A DNA stretch of 32,000 nt, taken from Candidatus Saccharimonadota bacterium (lineage in GTDB: Archaea > Nanohalarchaeota > Nanosalinia > Nanosalinales > Nanosalinaceae). Below are positions 1-8,936 of the stretch, one piece after another (within the stretch, counting starts at the first letter, position 1; each line of letters opens with the position of its first letter). Where the stretch lies: the NCBI RefSeq assembly GCF_029232205.1, contig NZ_CP107255.1, forward strand, positions 1-32,000, given 5' to 3'. The translations under genes were made by a program, and so were the position numbers. The notes beneath the pieces are model-generated. The model had not been told where the DNA came from and did not search any database. It saw only the letters and a list, made by a program, of their open reading frames with translations.

Positions 1-198
1 TCTGCCGGAATCAGTGCAAAAGAAGAAAGCTCAGAGTTTTGTTAGATTCAGTTCGAACAGAATTGTTTTCTAGATGATTTTTGCGCGCGAAGATTTTCGA
101 GCAAATACTGAGAGGTTGATTTCATCAGGAGACCTGGACTTCATTCGGAGATCGAATTTTCTATTTTCGAGCTCGAGTATCTAAGCTCCAATGACCAG

Positions 199-227
199 AC
201 ACCCCTCTATTTCGAGTGGAATTTGTA
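199..227 (-). repeat. ORB-like origin recognition box with G-string, reverse orientation
   Basis: The reverse complement reads ttccactcgaaatagaggggtgt. This resembles the archaeal ORB core (TCCA..GAAA..GGGG) known from Orc1-adjacent origins. Confidence 0.55.
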
Positions 228-247
228 TCTAGAGACCGAGACTAGGA

Positions 248-293
248 TATAACGGCGGAATAAAATTATAACAGCGACATAATAATATAACAG
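248..293 (+). repeat. Three TATAAC(G/A)G direct repeats at exact 19-bp spacing inside the AT-rich core
   Basis: tataac starts at 248, 267 and 286 (tataacgg, tataacag, tataacag). An inverted gttata copy lies at 295-300. Confidence 0.6.
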
Positions 294-326
294 TGTTATA
301 TCTTTGTATAGTTAGTTTATAGAAAT

Positions 327-357
327 CTCTACATGAAATCAGGGGGTGGGTGGGGGT
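327..357 (+). repeat. ORB-like box with extended G-string, forward orientation
   Basis: Sequence is ctctacatgaaatcagggggtgggtggggg. It is inverted relative to the 199-227 box, on the other side of the AT-rich core. Confidence 0.55.
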
Positions 358-403
358 ACCGCCTTCGCTTCGATTGGAGAAGGATTATAAACCTTAATTT
401 CAA

Positions 404-459
404 GTAGAAAGTTACGGGGTTCGATTACAAAAATGAGATTTAATTCTGTTTACGGGGGG
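404..459 (+). repeat. Two proximal TTACGGGG(GG) elements, ORB-like G-string half sites
   Basis: gtagaaagttacgggg at 404-419 and ttctgtttacgggggg at 444-459. Both are in the same orientation and lie just upstream of the orc1 ATG at 469. Confidence 0.45.
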
Positions 460-468
460 ACGAGATAG

Positions 469-1674
469 ATGAGTCAGAGCAATCTGAAGTCAATGTTCTC
501 AAACTATCTCGACAAAGACTCTGTTTTCAAAAACAAAGACGCTCTTACCACCAGCTGGAAGCCAGACAACATTCTGCATCGTGATGATCAGATAAACGAT
601 CTGGCCTCGATTCTTGCACCGGCCCTAAAAGGAAATGATCCGAGCAACGTATTTCTGTACGGTTCTGTAGGTACTGGAAAGACTCTAATTGTAAAACACG
701 TTACTGAAGAACTGAAGGATGTAGCGGATGAGCAGGAGATCGACCTCAACGTACTGTATATTAACTGTAAAATGAAGAAGGTAGCTGACACCGAGTACCG
801 ACTTCTCGCAAAACTAGCCCGACAGCTTGGAGAGGACGTACCTAGCACAGGCCTTCCGACAGATGAAATCTATAATAGATTCTTTAACGCGCTGAAAGAT
901 CAGAAAGGTGTAGTAGTAATTGCACTGGACGAAATCGATGCATTAGTAAAAAAGGTTGGAGATGAGTTCCTCTACAATCTTACACGTATCAACGATGATC
1001 TAGAGGAGACCAAAGTTTCCATCCTGGGTATTTCCAACGATCTCAACTTCACAGAGTACATGGATTCCAGAGTCAAGTCCTCTCTGTCGGAGGAAGAGAT
1101 AATCTTCCCGCCTTACAATGCTCTCGAACTCAGAGAGATCTTGAAGGAGAGAACAGACAAGGCCTTTGTAGAGGACAAGCTTGAAGGAGGAGTTATCTCC
1201 AAGTGTTCGGCCCTTGCGGCTCAGGAGCACGGAGATGCTCGTAGAGCTCTTGACCTTCTCAGGGTTGCAGGAGAGCTTTGTGAGAGATCTGAGGAGGAGA
1301 AGATCTACAAGAAGCATGTTGATCGGGCCCAGGATAAGATCGAGCGCGATCGCATGGTTGAAACAGTTCGTTCACAGCCTAAGCAGTCAAAACTGGTTCT
1401 TTACACTATTCTACAGATGACTGAGGATGAGGACGAGATCGCTACGGGGGATGTATACAGCGAGTACAAGGAACTGTGTGAGGACGTAGATGTTTCAGAG
1501 CTCACGCAGAGAAGAGTTTCCGGCCTTATATCGGAGCTTGACATGCTAGGAGTAATCAATGCAAAAGTAATCAGTAAAGGCCGTTACGGCCGTACAAGAC
1601 AGATAAGCGTTGATCTTCCGGAAGAGATAAGAGCTCAACTGGAGGAAATGGTAGAGGAAAAATTCTACCTTTAA
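469..1674 (+). CDS. orc1: Orc1/Cdc6 replication initiator (AAA+ ATPase with C-terminal winged helix)
   Basis: 401-aa ORF with Walker A GSVGTGKT and Walker B VVIALDEID. The sensor/arginine region (GDARRALDLLR) is typical of the archaeal Orc1/Cdc6 family. Confidence 0.95.
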   Translation: MSQSNLKSMFSNYLDKDSVFKNKDALTTSWKPDNILHRDDQINDLASILAPALKGNDPSNVFLYGSVGTGKTLIVKHVTEELKDVADEQEIDLNVLYINCKMKKVADTEYRLLAKLARQLGEDVPSTGLPTDEIYNRFFNALKDQKGVVVIALDEIDALVKKVGDEFLYNLTRINDDLEETKVSILGISNDLNFTEYMDSRVKSSLSEEEIIFPPYNALELREILKERTDKAFVEDKLEGGVISKCSALAAQEHGDARRALDLLRVAGELCERSEEEKIYKKHVDRAQDKIERDRMVETVRSQPKQSKLVLYTILQMTEDEDEIATGDVYSEYKELCEDVDVSELTQRRVSGLISELDMLGVINAKVISKGRYGRTRQISVDLPEEIRAQLEEMVEEKFYL

Positions 1675-1707
1675 ACAGCGCGTGAATAGAAGGGGGTACA
1701 GCAATTA

Positions 1708-3279
1708 ATGAATGAAAAAGCACTCAAAGAGCTAACACAGCAAGGATGCATTATAGGCAAGGATGCAGCAGAAGGCCTGACAGAAGATGATGTAGAGGCG
1801 ATAAAAGGCCTTGATGTCACTCCGATGTATGTCTCCGAGATGATGCTAAATAATCTAAGGGAAAGAAGTAACAGTGTTGAGGAAGAAGTTGTACATGAAA
1901 CAGAGGGGGGCAAACTGGTAGAGAAGACAAAGCTCGAGGAAGAGCAAGATACATCTGACAACAGTTCTACTGACGAAGAAGTTGATCTGGGAGAGGAGTT
2001 TGACGAAACAAGCTCCAAGTTCAGCAAGGACAAGACAGTAAGAATCAAGGACGACAGAAACAGGTCCGAGATGCGTACCAAGGTAGAGATCCTTGATGAA
2101 ACAGATATTTCTGAAGATGAAAAAGATGTACCAGAGTTTCTGGGATATTACAACGATCGATACGATCGAATGAAAGACATGCTTATGCGGAGAATGGAGA
2201 TGAAATCCGCAACTTCTATCAAGAGGCTTGAATCACGTGACGAAGGCGACGAAGCCACTACTATAGGCCTTGTAAACGATAAATACTCGACACAGTCCGG
2301 AAAGTGGATAGTTGAAATTGAAGACAAGACTGGAACTTTCAAAGTGCTTGCAGATGAACGAGACGGAGAGAGAATAGTTCCTGACGAAGTAATCGGTGTA
2401 AGAGGAAATCTTGGAGGCGATATAATCTATGCTGACGATATTGTGAGGCCTGACCTACCGATCCCACAGGGAGTAAAAACCACTAAAGACGAGGTCTCCG
2501 CGGCCTATATCTCTGATTTCCACATGGGATCTCAGGATACTCTGAACAAGAGGCTGGATCGTTTCGCTGACTGGCTTGGAAGCTCGCAGGCGGAAAACGT
2601 TGGATACCTTGTAATTCCAGGCGATGTGGTTGAAGGAGTAGGAACATACCCGGGCCAGGAGGAGGAACTCGAGGTCACGGACATCTACAAACAGTACCAG
2701 CGATTCGAGGAATGGGTGGAAAAAGTACCGGAACATATTCAGATCCTTCTGGGCCCAGGAAACCACGATATTACACGTCTAGCAGAGCCACAGCCACGGA
2801 TTGCTGAGGACGCACTACCGACTATTTCAGACTTCAACAATGTGCACTTGGTACAGAACCCGCAGACTGTCAGGCTTCACGCAATCAGAAGCAAGGGTAT
2901 CAAGAATCTGATGTACCATGGATACAGTTTCGACGAACAGATCGATCAGATACAGTCCTTGAGGGAGAAGGCCTACGACGATCCAAGCCACGTAATGATC
3001 GACCTTCTGAAGAGAAGGCACCTGGCACCAACCTATGGATCCAACCTTGTATCTCCAGAAGGCCGTGACAACCTTGTAATAGAAAATAAACCAGATGTAT
3101 TCGTCGCTGGCCACCTTCACAGCCACGCAAACGAAAGCTACAAAGGAGTAAACGTAATTGCATCATCAACTTTCCAGGCACAGACAGACTTCCAGAAAAG
3201 AGTAGGCCACGAACCAGATCCTGGAAAAGTAACACTTGTCGACTTCAAAACCCGAAACACAGACGTCAAACAGTTCTAA
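1708..3279 (+). CDS. polD1: DNA polymerase II (PolD) small subunit DP1
   Basis: 523 aa with calcineurin-like phosphoesterase motifs DFHMGS, GDVVEG, GNHD and GHLH. An acidic low-complexity insert lies near the N-terminus. The gene sits immediately upstream of DP2. Confidence 0.9.
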   Translation: MNEKALKELTQQGCIIGKDAAEGLTEDDVEAIKGLDVTPMYVSEMMLNNLRERSNSVEEEVVHETEGGKLVEKTKLEEEQDTSDNSSTDEEVDLGEEFDETSSKFSKDKTVRIKDDRNRSEMRTKVEILDETDISEDEKDVPEFLGYYNDRYDRMKDMLMRRMEMKSATSIKRLESRDEGDEATTIGLVNDKYSTQSGKWIVEIEDKTGTFKVLADERDGERIVPDEVIGVRGNLGGDIIYADDIVRPDLPIPQGVKTTKDEVSAAYISDFHMGSQDTLNKRLDRFADWLGSSQAENVGYLVIPGDVVEGVGTYPGQEEELEVTDIYKQYQRFEEWVEKVPEHIQILLGPGNHDITRLAEPQPRIAEDALPTISDFNNVHLVQNPQTVRLHAIRSKGIKNLMYHGYSFDEQIDQIQSLREKAYDDPSHVMIDLLKRRHLAPTYGSNLVSPEGRDNLVIENKPDVFVAGHLHSHANESYKGVNVIASSTFQAQTDFQKRVGHEPDPGKVTLVDFKTRNTDVKQF

Positions 3280-3291
3280 AGTGATCACAAA

Positions 3292-6200
3292 ATGGATACA
3301 GAAAGCTACTTCAACAGTATAAGAGAGAAAACGGATAAAGCATACGATATAGCGGAAGAGGCCCGTGATCAGTCCAAGGATCCAGAACAGAGAGTTGACA
3401 TTCCTGTAGCAGAGGACCTGGCAGAAAAGGCCTCATCACTTGTAATTGCAGCAAAATTCCCTGAACTTGAAGATCAGGGAGTAGCTGAAAGAATTAGAGA
3501 ACTGGAAGACGAGTATGGAAAAAACGATGAAAGAGTATCCTTCTCGATCGCTAGAGAGATTGCAGAAGGAGAATTCACGGAGTTTGAAGATCTTGAAAGA
3601 GCATGTGAGGCCGGAGTCCGAGTAGGAGTCTCCTACATGACAGGAGGTATTACAACAGCACCTCTGGAAGGAATCGGCGATGTAAAGATAAGAGAGAATA
3701 ACGACGGCACGGAATACCTGGCAATGTACTACTCAGGCCCTATCCGTTCAGCAGGAGGAACAGCCTCCGCAATGTCAGTACTTCTCGCAGACTACGTCAG
3801 AATAGGTGTAGGCCTCGACAAATTCAAACCATCAGAGACAGTTGTAAACAGATATGCAGCCGAAGTAGACGACTACTACAACCGTGTAACCGCAAAACAG
3901 TACTATCCTGAAAGAGAGGAGACCTCGATGATTGCGGAAAATGTTCCAGTCGAAGTCACGGGGTCGCCAACAGAACAGATCGAAGTATCAAACTACAAAG
4001 ACCTGGACCTCATCGACACCAACCAGATCAGAGGAGGCATGTGTCTAGTATACCTCGACGGCCTACCACTGAAAGCCCCAAAGATCAAGAAAAGAATAGA
4101 GAAATGGGGCAAGGACTTCGGCCTCGAACACTGGGAATGGGTAAAAGACTACCTCGACCTGCAGAAAGAAATCCACTCATCAGGAAGCGACGATGAGGAA
4201 GACGACGGAGAGGCCAAGGAAAAATCAAAATACACGCCATCCGACAAATACCTGGGATCGCTGACCGCAGGAAGGCCTATATTCGCGCATCCAGGAAGAA
4301 AAGGAGGATTCAGGCTGCGGTACGGTCACTCAAGAACCAACGGCCTCGCAGCAGTATCGATGCACCCGGCCACACTGGAGATCTCCCAGAGATTTATCGC
4401 AATAGGAACACAGCTGAAGACCGAATACCCTATGAAAGGTACAGTGGCCACTCCATGCGACTCAATACATCCGCCTGTCGTCAAACTGAAGAACGGCGAC
4501 GTCAAGAAAATTGAGTCAAGAGAAGAGGCCCGAGAAATAGAGAAAGACGTTGAAGAAATCCTCTTCATGGGCGACATGCTCGTAACATACGGAGAGTTCG
4601 TGGAAAACGGCAAGAAACTTCTTCCTTCTCCTTATGTGTCTGAATGGTGGGAGAAAGATCTTGAAAAGGCACTTGAAGAACAGAACGTCAAACTAGGCCG
4701 GGACTTCTCCGAGAGAGATCCTACGCCAGAAGAGGCCATGAAGATTAGCGACAAACTCGGAATCAGGCTGCACCCAAAATGGACATACCACTGGAAAGAC
4801 ACATCACCAGAGAAATTCCAGGCCCTATACCAGTCAATGAGAGAAGGAGAACTCAAGGGAGAAAAAACTGAAAGAGCACTCGAAGATCTACTTGTTCAGC
4901 ACGAAAAAGAAGGAGGCCAGATCAAGGTCAGAAAACAGGATCTAAAGGCCCTCAAACTTCTGCTCAAACCAGAAGAAGATAATAAGGATGTAGTAGAGTC
5001 AGCGCAGTCAGGAAGAGGTATAGTTGATGCAGTCGAGGAAATATCTGGTGTAGAGCTTGGTGATCCAGCACCTCACTACCTTGGAGCCAGAATGGGCCGA
5101 CCGGAGAAAGCAGAGCGCAGAACACTTAACGGAAAGCCACAGCTTCTATTCCCGTGTGGAAAGGAGGAAGGAGGCCGAATGAGAAATCTTGTCGCTTCCT
5201 ACAACCAGACAATGCATGGAGACAAGGGAATAGTCAAAGAGCAAATTGTACAGAACTACTGTACTGAATGCGAGAAAAAATCATACTATCCTTACTGCCG
5301 TGACTGCGGAGAGCCAACAGAACCTCTATGGGTCTGCAGCGACTGCGGAAAAACATACAGAGAAGAAACAGAAGTCTGCGGAAAATGCGGCAACGAATGG
5401 ATCAAAAGACATGAATACACCGACATCAACGTCCGAGAAATGATGGACGATGCCTTGGAAAACCTCGGAATGAACAGGCCACCGGAACTACTGAAATCTT
5501 TCCGTGGAATGACCTCAAAAACCAAGATAGTCGAGCCAATCGAAAAAGGCCTTCTAAGAAAAAAGCACGACCTCTACGTCAACAAAGACGGAACAGTAAG
5601 ATATGACGCAACAGACATCCCGATGACACACTTCAAGCCGAAAGAGGCCGGTGTGTCGGTAGAGAAGCTCAGAGAACTTGGCTACGAAAAAGATATTAAC
5701 GGAGAGTCTCTGGAAAACGAGGATCAGGTACTTGAGATGAAGCCGCAGGACATCATTATCCCTGACGGCGACATGAGCCTGGCGGCCTCCGACTACATGC
5801 TTAGAGTAACTCAATACATCGACGAGCTACTGGAAAAATTCTACGGCCTGGACCCGTACTACGAGGCCGAAGGAAAAGAAGATCTGGTAGGAGAACTAGT
5901 CATAGGCCTGGCACCGCACACCTCAGGAGGAACAGTCGGCCGTATAATCGGCTTCACGGATGCAAAAGGAATTTACGCACACCCTTACTGGCATGCAGCC
6001 AAGAGAAGGAACTGTGATGGTGACGAAGACGCTATACTGCTTATGATGGACGGATTACTGAATTTCTCCCGTAAATACCTCCCTGACATGACAGGCGCGC
6101 GTACAATGGATGCTCCATTGATTTTATCGACTGTGCTGAATCCTGACGAGGTTGACGACGAGGCCTGGGCCGTTGAGACTGTTGATGATTATCCTCTCAG

Positions 6201-6798
6201 TTTTTACGAGGAGACTCAGAAGTACAAGGAGCCGTGGAATCTTGAGACAGATATCGAGATAGGTGAGGATATTGTCCACAGCGATCAGCCGTATTCTCAC
6301 GACTACACGATTGAGACTTCGGATATTGATGATGGGCCTTCTCAGTCGGAGTACGTGACTCTGGATGATATGGATGAGAAGACTACCAACCAGCTGAAAT
6401 TGGGGGAGAGGATCCGGGCCGTTGATGAAAACGCGGTGGCTGATCTATTGCTGGACAAGCACTTTATTCCTGATATCAAGGGTAACTTGCGTTCGTTTTC
6501 AAGTCAGAAGATGCGCTGCGTTGATTGCAACGAGAAGTTCCGTAGAGTACCTATGACCAATCAGACGATCGCACCGACAGGAAAGACTACAGCCCGGTGT
6601 CCGGAATGCGACGGAAAAGTTCTTCTAACAATCTCGGAGGGAACGATCAAAAAGTATCTGGAGCCTTCCAAGAGAATTATTGATAATTATGAGGTATCCC
6701 CGTACATCAGGCAGCAAATCCTGATTCTTAACAAGACTATTCAGAGTCTTTTCGGCAAAAGCGATAGGCAGACGGGCCTGAAACAGTTTGCGAGCTGA
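3292..6798 (+). CDS. polD2: DNA polymerase II (PolD) large catalytic subunit DP2
   Basis: 1168 aa with multiple Cys4 zinc modules (CTECEKKSYYPYCRDCG; CSDCGK..CGKCG; CVDCNEKF..CPECDG) and conserved DP2 blocks (GLAPHTSGG, NCDGDEDA). The length argues against an intein. Confidence 0.95.
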   Translation: MDTESYFNSIREKTDKAYDIAEEARDQSKDPEQRVDIPVAEDLAEKASSLVIAAKFPELEDQGVAERIRELEDEYGKNDERVSFSIAREIAEGEFTEFEDLERACEAGVRVGVSYMTGGITTAPLEGIGDVKIRENNDGTEYLAMYYSGPIRSAGGTASAMSVLLADYVRIGVGLDKFKPSETVVNRYAAEVDDYYNRVTAKQYYPEREETSMIAENVPVEVTGSPTEQIEVSNYKDLDLIDTNQIRGGMCLVYLDGLPLKAPKIKKRIEKWGKDFGLEHWEWVKDYLDLQKEIHSSGSDDEEDDGEAKEKSKYTPSDKYLGSLTAGRPIFAHPGRKGGFRLRYGHSRTNGLAAVSMHPATLEISQRFIAIGTQLKTEYPMKGTVATPCDSIHPPVVKLKNGDVKKIESREEAREIEKDVEEILFMGDMLVTYGEFVENGKKLLPSPYVSEWWEKDLEKALEEQNVKLGRDFSERDPTPEEAMKISDKLGIRLHPKWTYHWKDTSPEKFQALYQSMREGELKGEKTERALEDLLVQHEKEGGQIKVRKQDLKALKLLLKPEEDNKDVVESAQSGRGIVDAVEEISGVELGDPAPHYLGARMGRPEKAERRTLNGKPQLLFPCGKEEGGRMRNLVASYNQTMHGDKGIVKEQIVQNYCTECEKKSYYPYCRDCGEPTEPLWVCSDCGKTYREETEVCGKCGNEWIKRHEYTDINVREMMDDALENLGMNRPPELLKSFRGMTSKTKIVEPIEKGLLRKKHDLYVNKDGTVRYDATDIPMTHFKPKEAGVSVEKLRELGYEKDINGESLENEDQVLEMKPQDIIIPDGDMSLAASDYMLRVTQYIDELLEKFYGLDPYYEAEGKEDLVGELVIGLAPHTSGGTVGRIIGFTDAKGIYAHPYWHAAKRRNCDGDEDAILLMMDGLLNFSRKYLPDMTGARTMDAPLILSTVLNPDEVDDEAWAVETVDDYPLSFYEETQKYKEPWNLETDIEIGEDIVHSDQPYSHDYTIETSDIDDGPSQSEYVTLDDMDEKTTNQLKLGERIRAVDENAVADLLLDKHFIPDIKGNLRSFSSQKMRCVDCNEKFRRVPMTNQTIAPTGKTTARCPECDGKVLLTISEGTIKKYLEPSKRIIDNYEVSPYIRQQILILNKTIQSLFGKSDRQTGLKQFAS

Positions 6799-6841
6799 AA
6801 GACCGAAACATTCAATAGGTTCATTTCTTCCATTTCTCATT

Positions 6842-7261
6842 ATGGACGGAAAAGTAAAACTGAAGGAGGTTATGACGGAAGGCGTAGTAGCCGTAGACGC
6901 AGACAGTAACGTAGTAGAGGCAGCGAGCAAGCTTCGGCAGGAAGATATCAGAGGCCTTGTCGTAATTGAAGACGAGGATGCAGTCGGAGTAGTGGTCTGC
7001 AGAGATATAGCATACGATGTGATCGCAGATGGCGAAGAGGCAAGAGAAACTGAAGTAAAAGATATAATGAGCACAGATCTGATTGTAGCAGACGAAGACG
7101 AGCTGCTTGACGATGTTGCAATGGCAATGTCGAAAAACAACGTCTCCAGAGTTCCAGTAGTCAGAGGAGACATGCTTGTAGGGATCGTAACCCAGTCAGA
7201 TATTCTAAGAGCATGGCCTGGATTCGCAGAAGTCATGCAGGAAAAAGAGGTGTCAGAATAA
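6842..7261 (+). CDS. CBS-domain pair protein (paralog 1)
   Basis: The track ORF starts at 6788, overlapping the polD2 end. The ATG at 6842 (MDGKVKLKEVMTEG) aligns with the N-terminus of the downstream paralog. It carries two CBS repeats. Confidence 0.8.
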   Translation: MDGKVKLKEVMTEGVVAVDADSNVVEAASKLRQEDIRGLVVIEDEDAVGVVVCRDIAYDVIADGEEARETEVKDIMSTDLIVADEDELLDDVAMAMSKNNVSRVPVVRGDMLVGIVTQSDILRAWPGFAEVMQEKEVSE

Positions 7262-7262
7262 A

Positions 7263-7799
7263 ATGAGCATAGACAGTGAAGTAAAGGTAAAAGAACTGAT
7301 GACAGAAGGAGTCATCGCAGTAAAACAGGATAAAACAGTAAAAGAAGCAGCCCAGCTACTCAAAGAAGAAGGAATCAGAGGCCTTGTCGTAGTCGACGAA
7401 GAAGAGGCCGTAGGAGTAGTAGTCTGCAGAGACATCGTGTACCAGGTAGTAGCTGACAACAAGGATCCTGAAGAAGTACTTGTCAAAGATATAATGAGCA
7501 CAGACCTCGTAGTAGCTGATGAGGATGAGCTGCTTGACGATGTTGCAATGGCAATGGCCCGCAACGACATTTCAAGAGTTCCAGTGGTCAGAGAGGACAT
7601 GCTTGTAGGGATCCTGACACAGACTGATATTCTACGTGCATGGCCTGGATACGCAGAGGTCATGGGGGAGGAAATTGAGATGCAGGCAGAGGCCACTCCG
7701 CGCCAGACCACCAGAGAGGGTATGTGCGAGAACTGTGAGAACTACAGCGAGAACCTCCAGGAAACAAACGGAATGCTTCTATGTGAGGAATGCCGGTAA
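7263..7799 (+). CDS. CBS-domain pair protein with C-terminal CxxC..CxxC zinc ribbon (paralog 2)
   Basis: 178 aa. It is highly similar to 6842-7261 at both DNA and protein level. The extra tail reads CENCENYSENLQETNGMLLCEEC. Confidence 0.85.
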   Translation: MSIDSEVKVKELMTEGVIAVKQDKTVKEAAQLLKEEGIRGLVVVDEEEAVGVVVCRDIVYQVVADNKDPEEVLVKDIMSTDLVVADEDELLDDVAMAMARNDISRVPVVREDMLVGILTQTDILRAWPGYAEVMGEEIEMQAEATPRQTTREGMCENCENYSENLQETNGMLLCEECR

Positions 7800-7830
7800 G
7801 GCCTTCCTCTTTCTATAATACTTTTTTATC
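7799..7830 (+). terminator. Candidate transcription-unit end: stop codon fused to AGGCCT, followed by a T-rich tract
   Basis: taAGGCCTtcctctttctataatactttttta. A T6 run lies at 7823-7828. The TATA-like ttctataata at 7811-7820 probably serves the next unit. Confidence 0.35.
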
Positions 7831-7852
7831 CCGCTTTCTCCAAGTTTCCTCT

Positions 7853-8317
7853 ATGGGCATGCATATCACCGAGGAAGTAGACAGGAGAAGGCTTACACTC
7901 AAGGTTGAAGACCCGGAAGAAGTCTACTCCTCCATGAAAATGCTTCTTGAGGACAGAATCAAGTTCTCCTCGGTGAACGAAGAAAAATACTACAACGACG
8001 TCGACGGCAAAGACATCAGAGCCAAAATCGTCACAGTCTTCGGCATGGACCATCTAACCCATGAAACCATGGAAATCTTTCTCCACATCGACAGAGAGGC
8101 CTCAGAACTCGATATACAGCTGAAGGCCAAGCTCGAGACAGAGTACCCAACCCATAAATCGTGGCAGGATTCTCTGATCTACTACGCGTACAGATCGCTG
8201 TACGACAAGTTCCTGTATGGGGAAACACGTGAAGGTTACGAACACGCAGTGGAGGAAAGAGTAGACCTGCTTATGGACTACATCAAGGACGATATGGAGG
8301 CGGATTACAGTGGTTAA
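7853..8317 (+). CDS. Uncharacterised acidic protein, member A of a three-paralog operon
   Basis: The track ORF starts at 7790, but the ATG at 7853 follows a TATA-like box. It shares the pattern EDPxx(V/I)Yxx(M/I)KxLL ... W/Y..(Y)(N/D)KF(L/Y)..E...YE with the next ORF. Confidence 0.65.
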   Translation: MGMHITEEVDRRRLTLKVEDPEEVYSSMKMLLEDRIKFSSVNEEKYYNDVDGKDIRAKIVTVFGMDHLTHETMEIFLHIDREASELDIQLKAKLETEYPTHKSWQDSLIYYAYRSLYDKFLYGETREGYEHAVEERVDLLMDYIKDDMEADYSG

Positions 8318-8930
8318 ATACGAGCACGACGCGCTTTCCAAACAGGATCACTACTTCGTAAAAGAGGATCCGGCCCGAATCTACAGAGGAATCAAGGATC
8401 TACTCGTCGAAGAATTTGACATGGACAGGATCGAGGAAGGAAGAAACGAGTTCTCGGTAACAGGCCCTAAAGACAAGATAAGGCTGCACGCATTCAAGGA
8501 GAAAGGCCGCAACACAGTACTGTACTTCAACCTTTCCTGGAGAGTAAAAACTCCGAAAAGCATCTACACGCACGACTCAAGGCCTGATGACATCAAAAAA
8601 GTCAGGGTAAAAACTACTGGAAGAGTAATCACTGTTTATCCGGGTGGAAACGCAGAGATATTCGAGCCTTATGCAATTACACAGTATCCACAGGAAAACT
8701 ACGATGCAACGCACCTTGAAGATGAGAAAACACAGTTCCAGAGATCAAAATTTTACAAGATACTTGTAGGAATCTGGTACAACAAGTTCTACTCGAAAGA
8801 AATACACAAGTACGAGGAAGAGGCCTCGGAAATAGTTGTACGGCTTCAAAACCTGATGAGAGAAAAGTTCGGAGTGGAGGACGGTATCGTCCGCACAGGA
8901 AGCTCCCACTACACTCCTCCATGGCAGTGA
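8310..8930 (+). CDS. Uncharacterised protein, member B of the three-paralog operon
   Basis: 206 aa. The GTG start overlaps the upstream stop by 8 nt. It is collinear in similarity with member A, and its C-terminus ends HYTPPWQ. Confidence 0.65.
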   Translation: MVKYEHDALSKQDHYFVKEDPARIYRGIKDLLVEEFDMDRIEEGRNEFSVTGPKDKIRLHAFKEKGRNTVLYFNLSWRVKTPKSIYTHDSRPDDIKKVRVKTTGRVITVYPGGNAEIFEPYAITQYPQENYDATHLEDEKTQFQRSKFYKILVGIWYNKFYSKEIHKYEEEASEIVVRLQNLMREKFGVEDGIVRTGSSHYTPPWQ

Positions 8931-8936
8931 TAGAAA

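Larger units (their letters stand above)
1..468. other. Putative chromosomal replication origin (oriC-type) directly upstream of orc1/cdc6
   Basis: 468 bp non-coding stretch 5' of orc1/cdc6. AT-rich core at ~241-326 is flanked by oppositely oriented ORB-like boxes of the form GAAA-N4-5-GGGG. Reverse-oriented box at 199-227 (rc caaattccactcgaaatagaggggtgt); forward boxes at 327-357, 404-419 and 444-459. G-less mini copies (tattt(t)cgag) at 92-101 and 161-171. Confidence 0.7.

Noticed and set aside
1671-2081. Antisense or alternate-frame ORFs over other strong genes: 1671-2081, 13792-14424, 15226-15756, 15877-16674, 20535-20951, 21057-21455, 22060-22530, 25340-25657, 29387-29995, 30097-30708 and 31369-31805
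   Set aside because: Each overlaps a CDS with strong family-level motifs (PolD, SGNH, aminopeptidase, RadA, RPA, CYTH, AIM24, DnaJ, DnaK). Their low-complexity Ser/Leu/Phe-rich translations are typical of antisense shadows.
3292-6798. Possibility of inteins in PolD DP2, RadA or Orc1, which are common in halophilic archaea
   Set aside because: The protein lengths (1168, 316 and 401 aa) and uninterrupted conserved blocks leave no room for an intein insertion.
6788-6841. Track start at 6788 for the first CBS gene, overlapping polD2 by 11 nt
   Set aside because: The N-terminal 18 aa (MRAERPKHSIGSFLPFLI) have no counterpart in the paralog. The ATG at 6842 aligns with the paralog N-terminus.
6625-7711. 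Long minus-strand ORFs (6625-7236, 203 aa; 7253-7711, 152 aa) rich in Ser/Thr runs, antisense to the CBS genes
   Set aside because: They are shadow ORFs. The sense strands here are purine-rich (GAN/AAR codons), so the antisense strand lacks stops and translates to S/T/L-rich nonsense. The + strand products have clear CBS domains.
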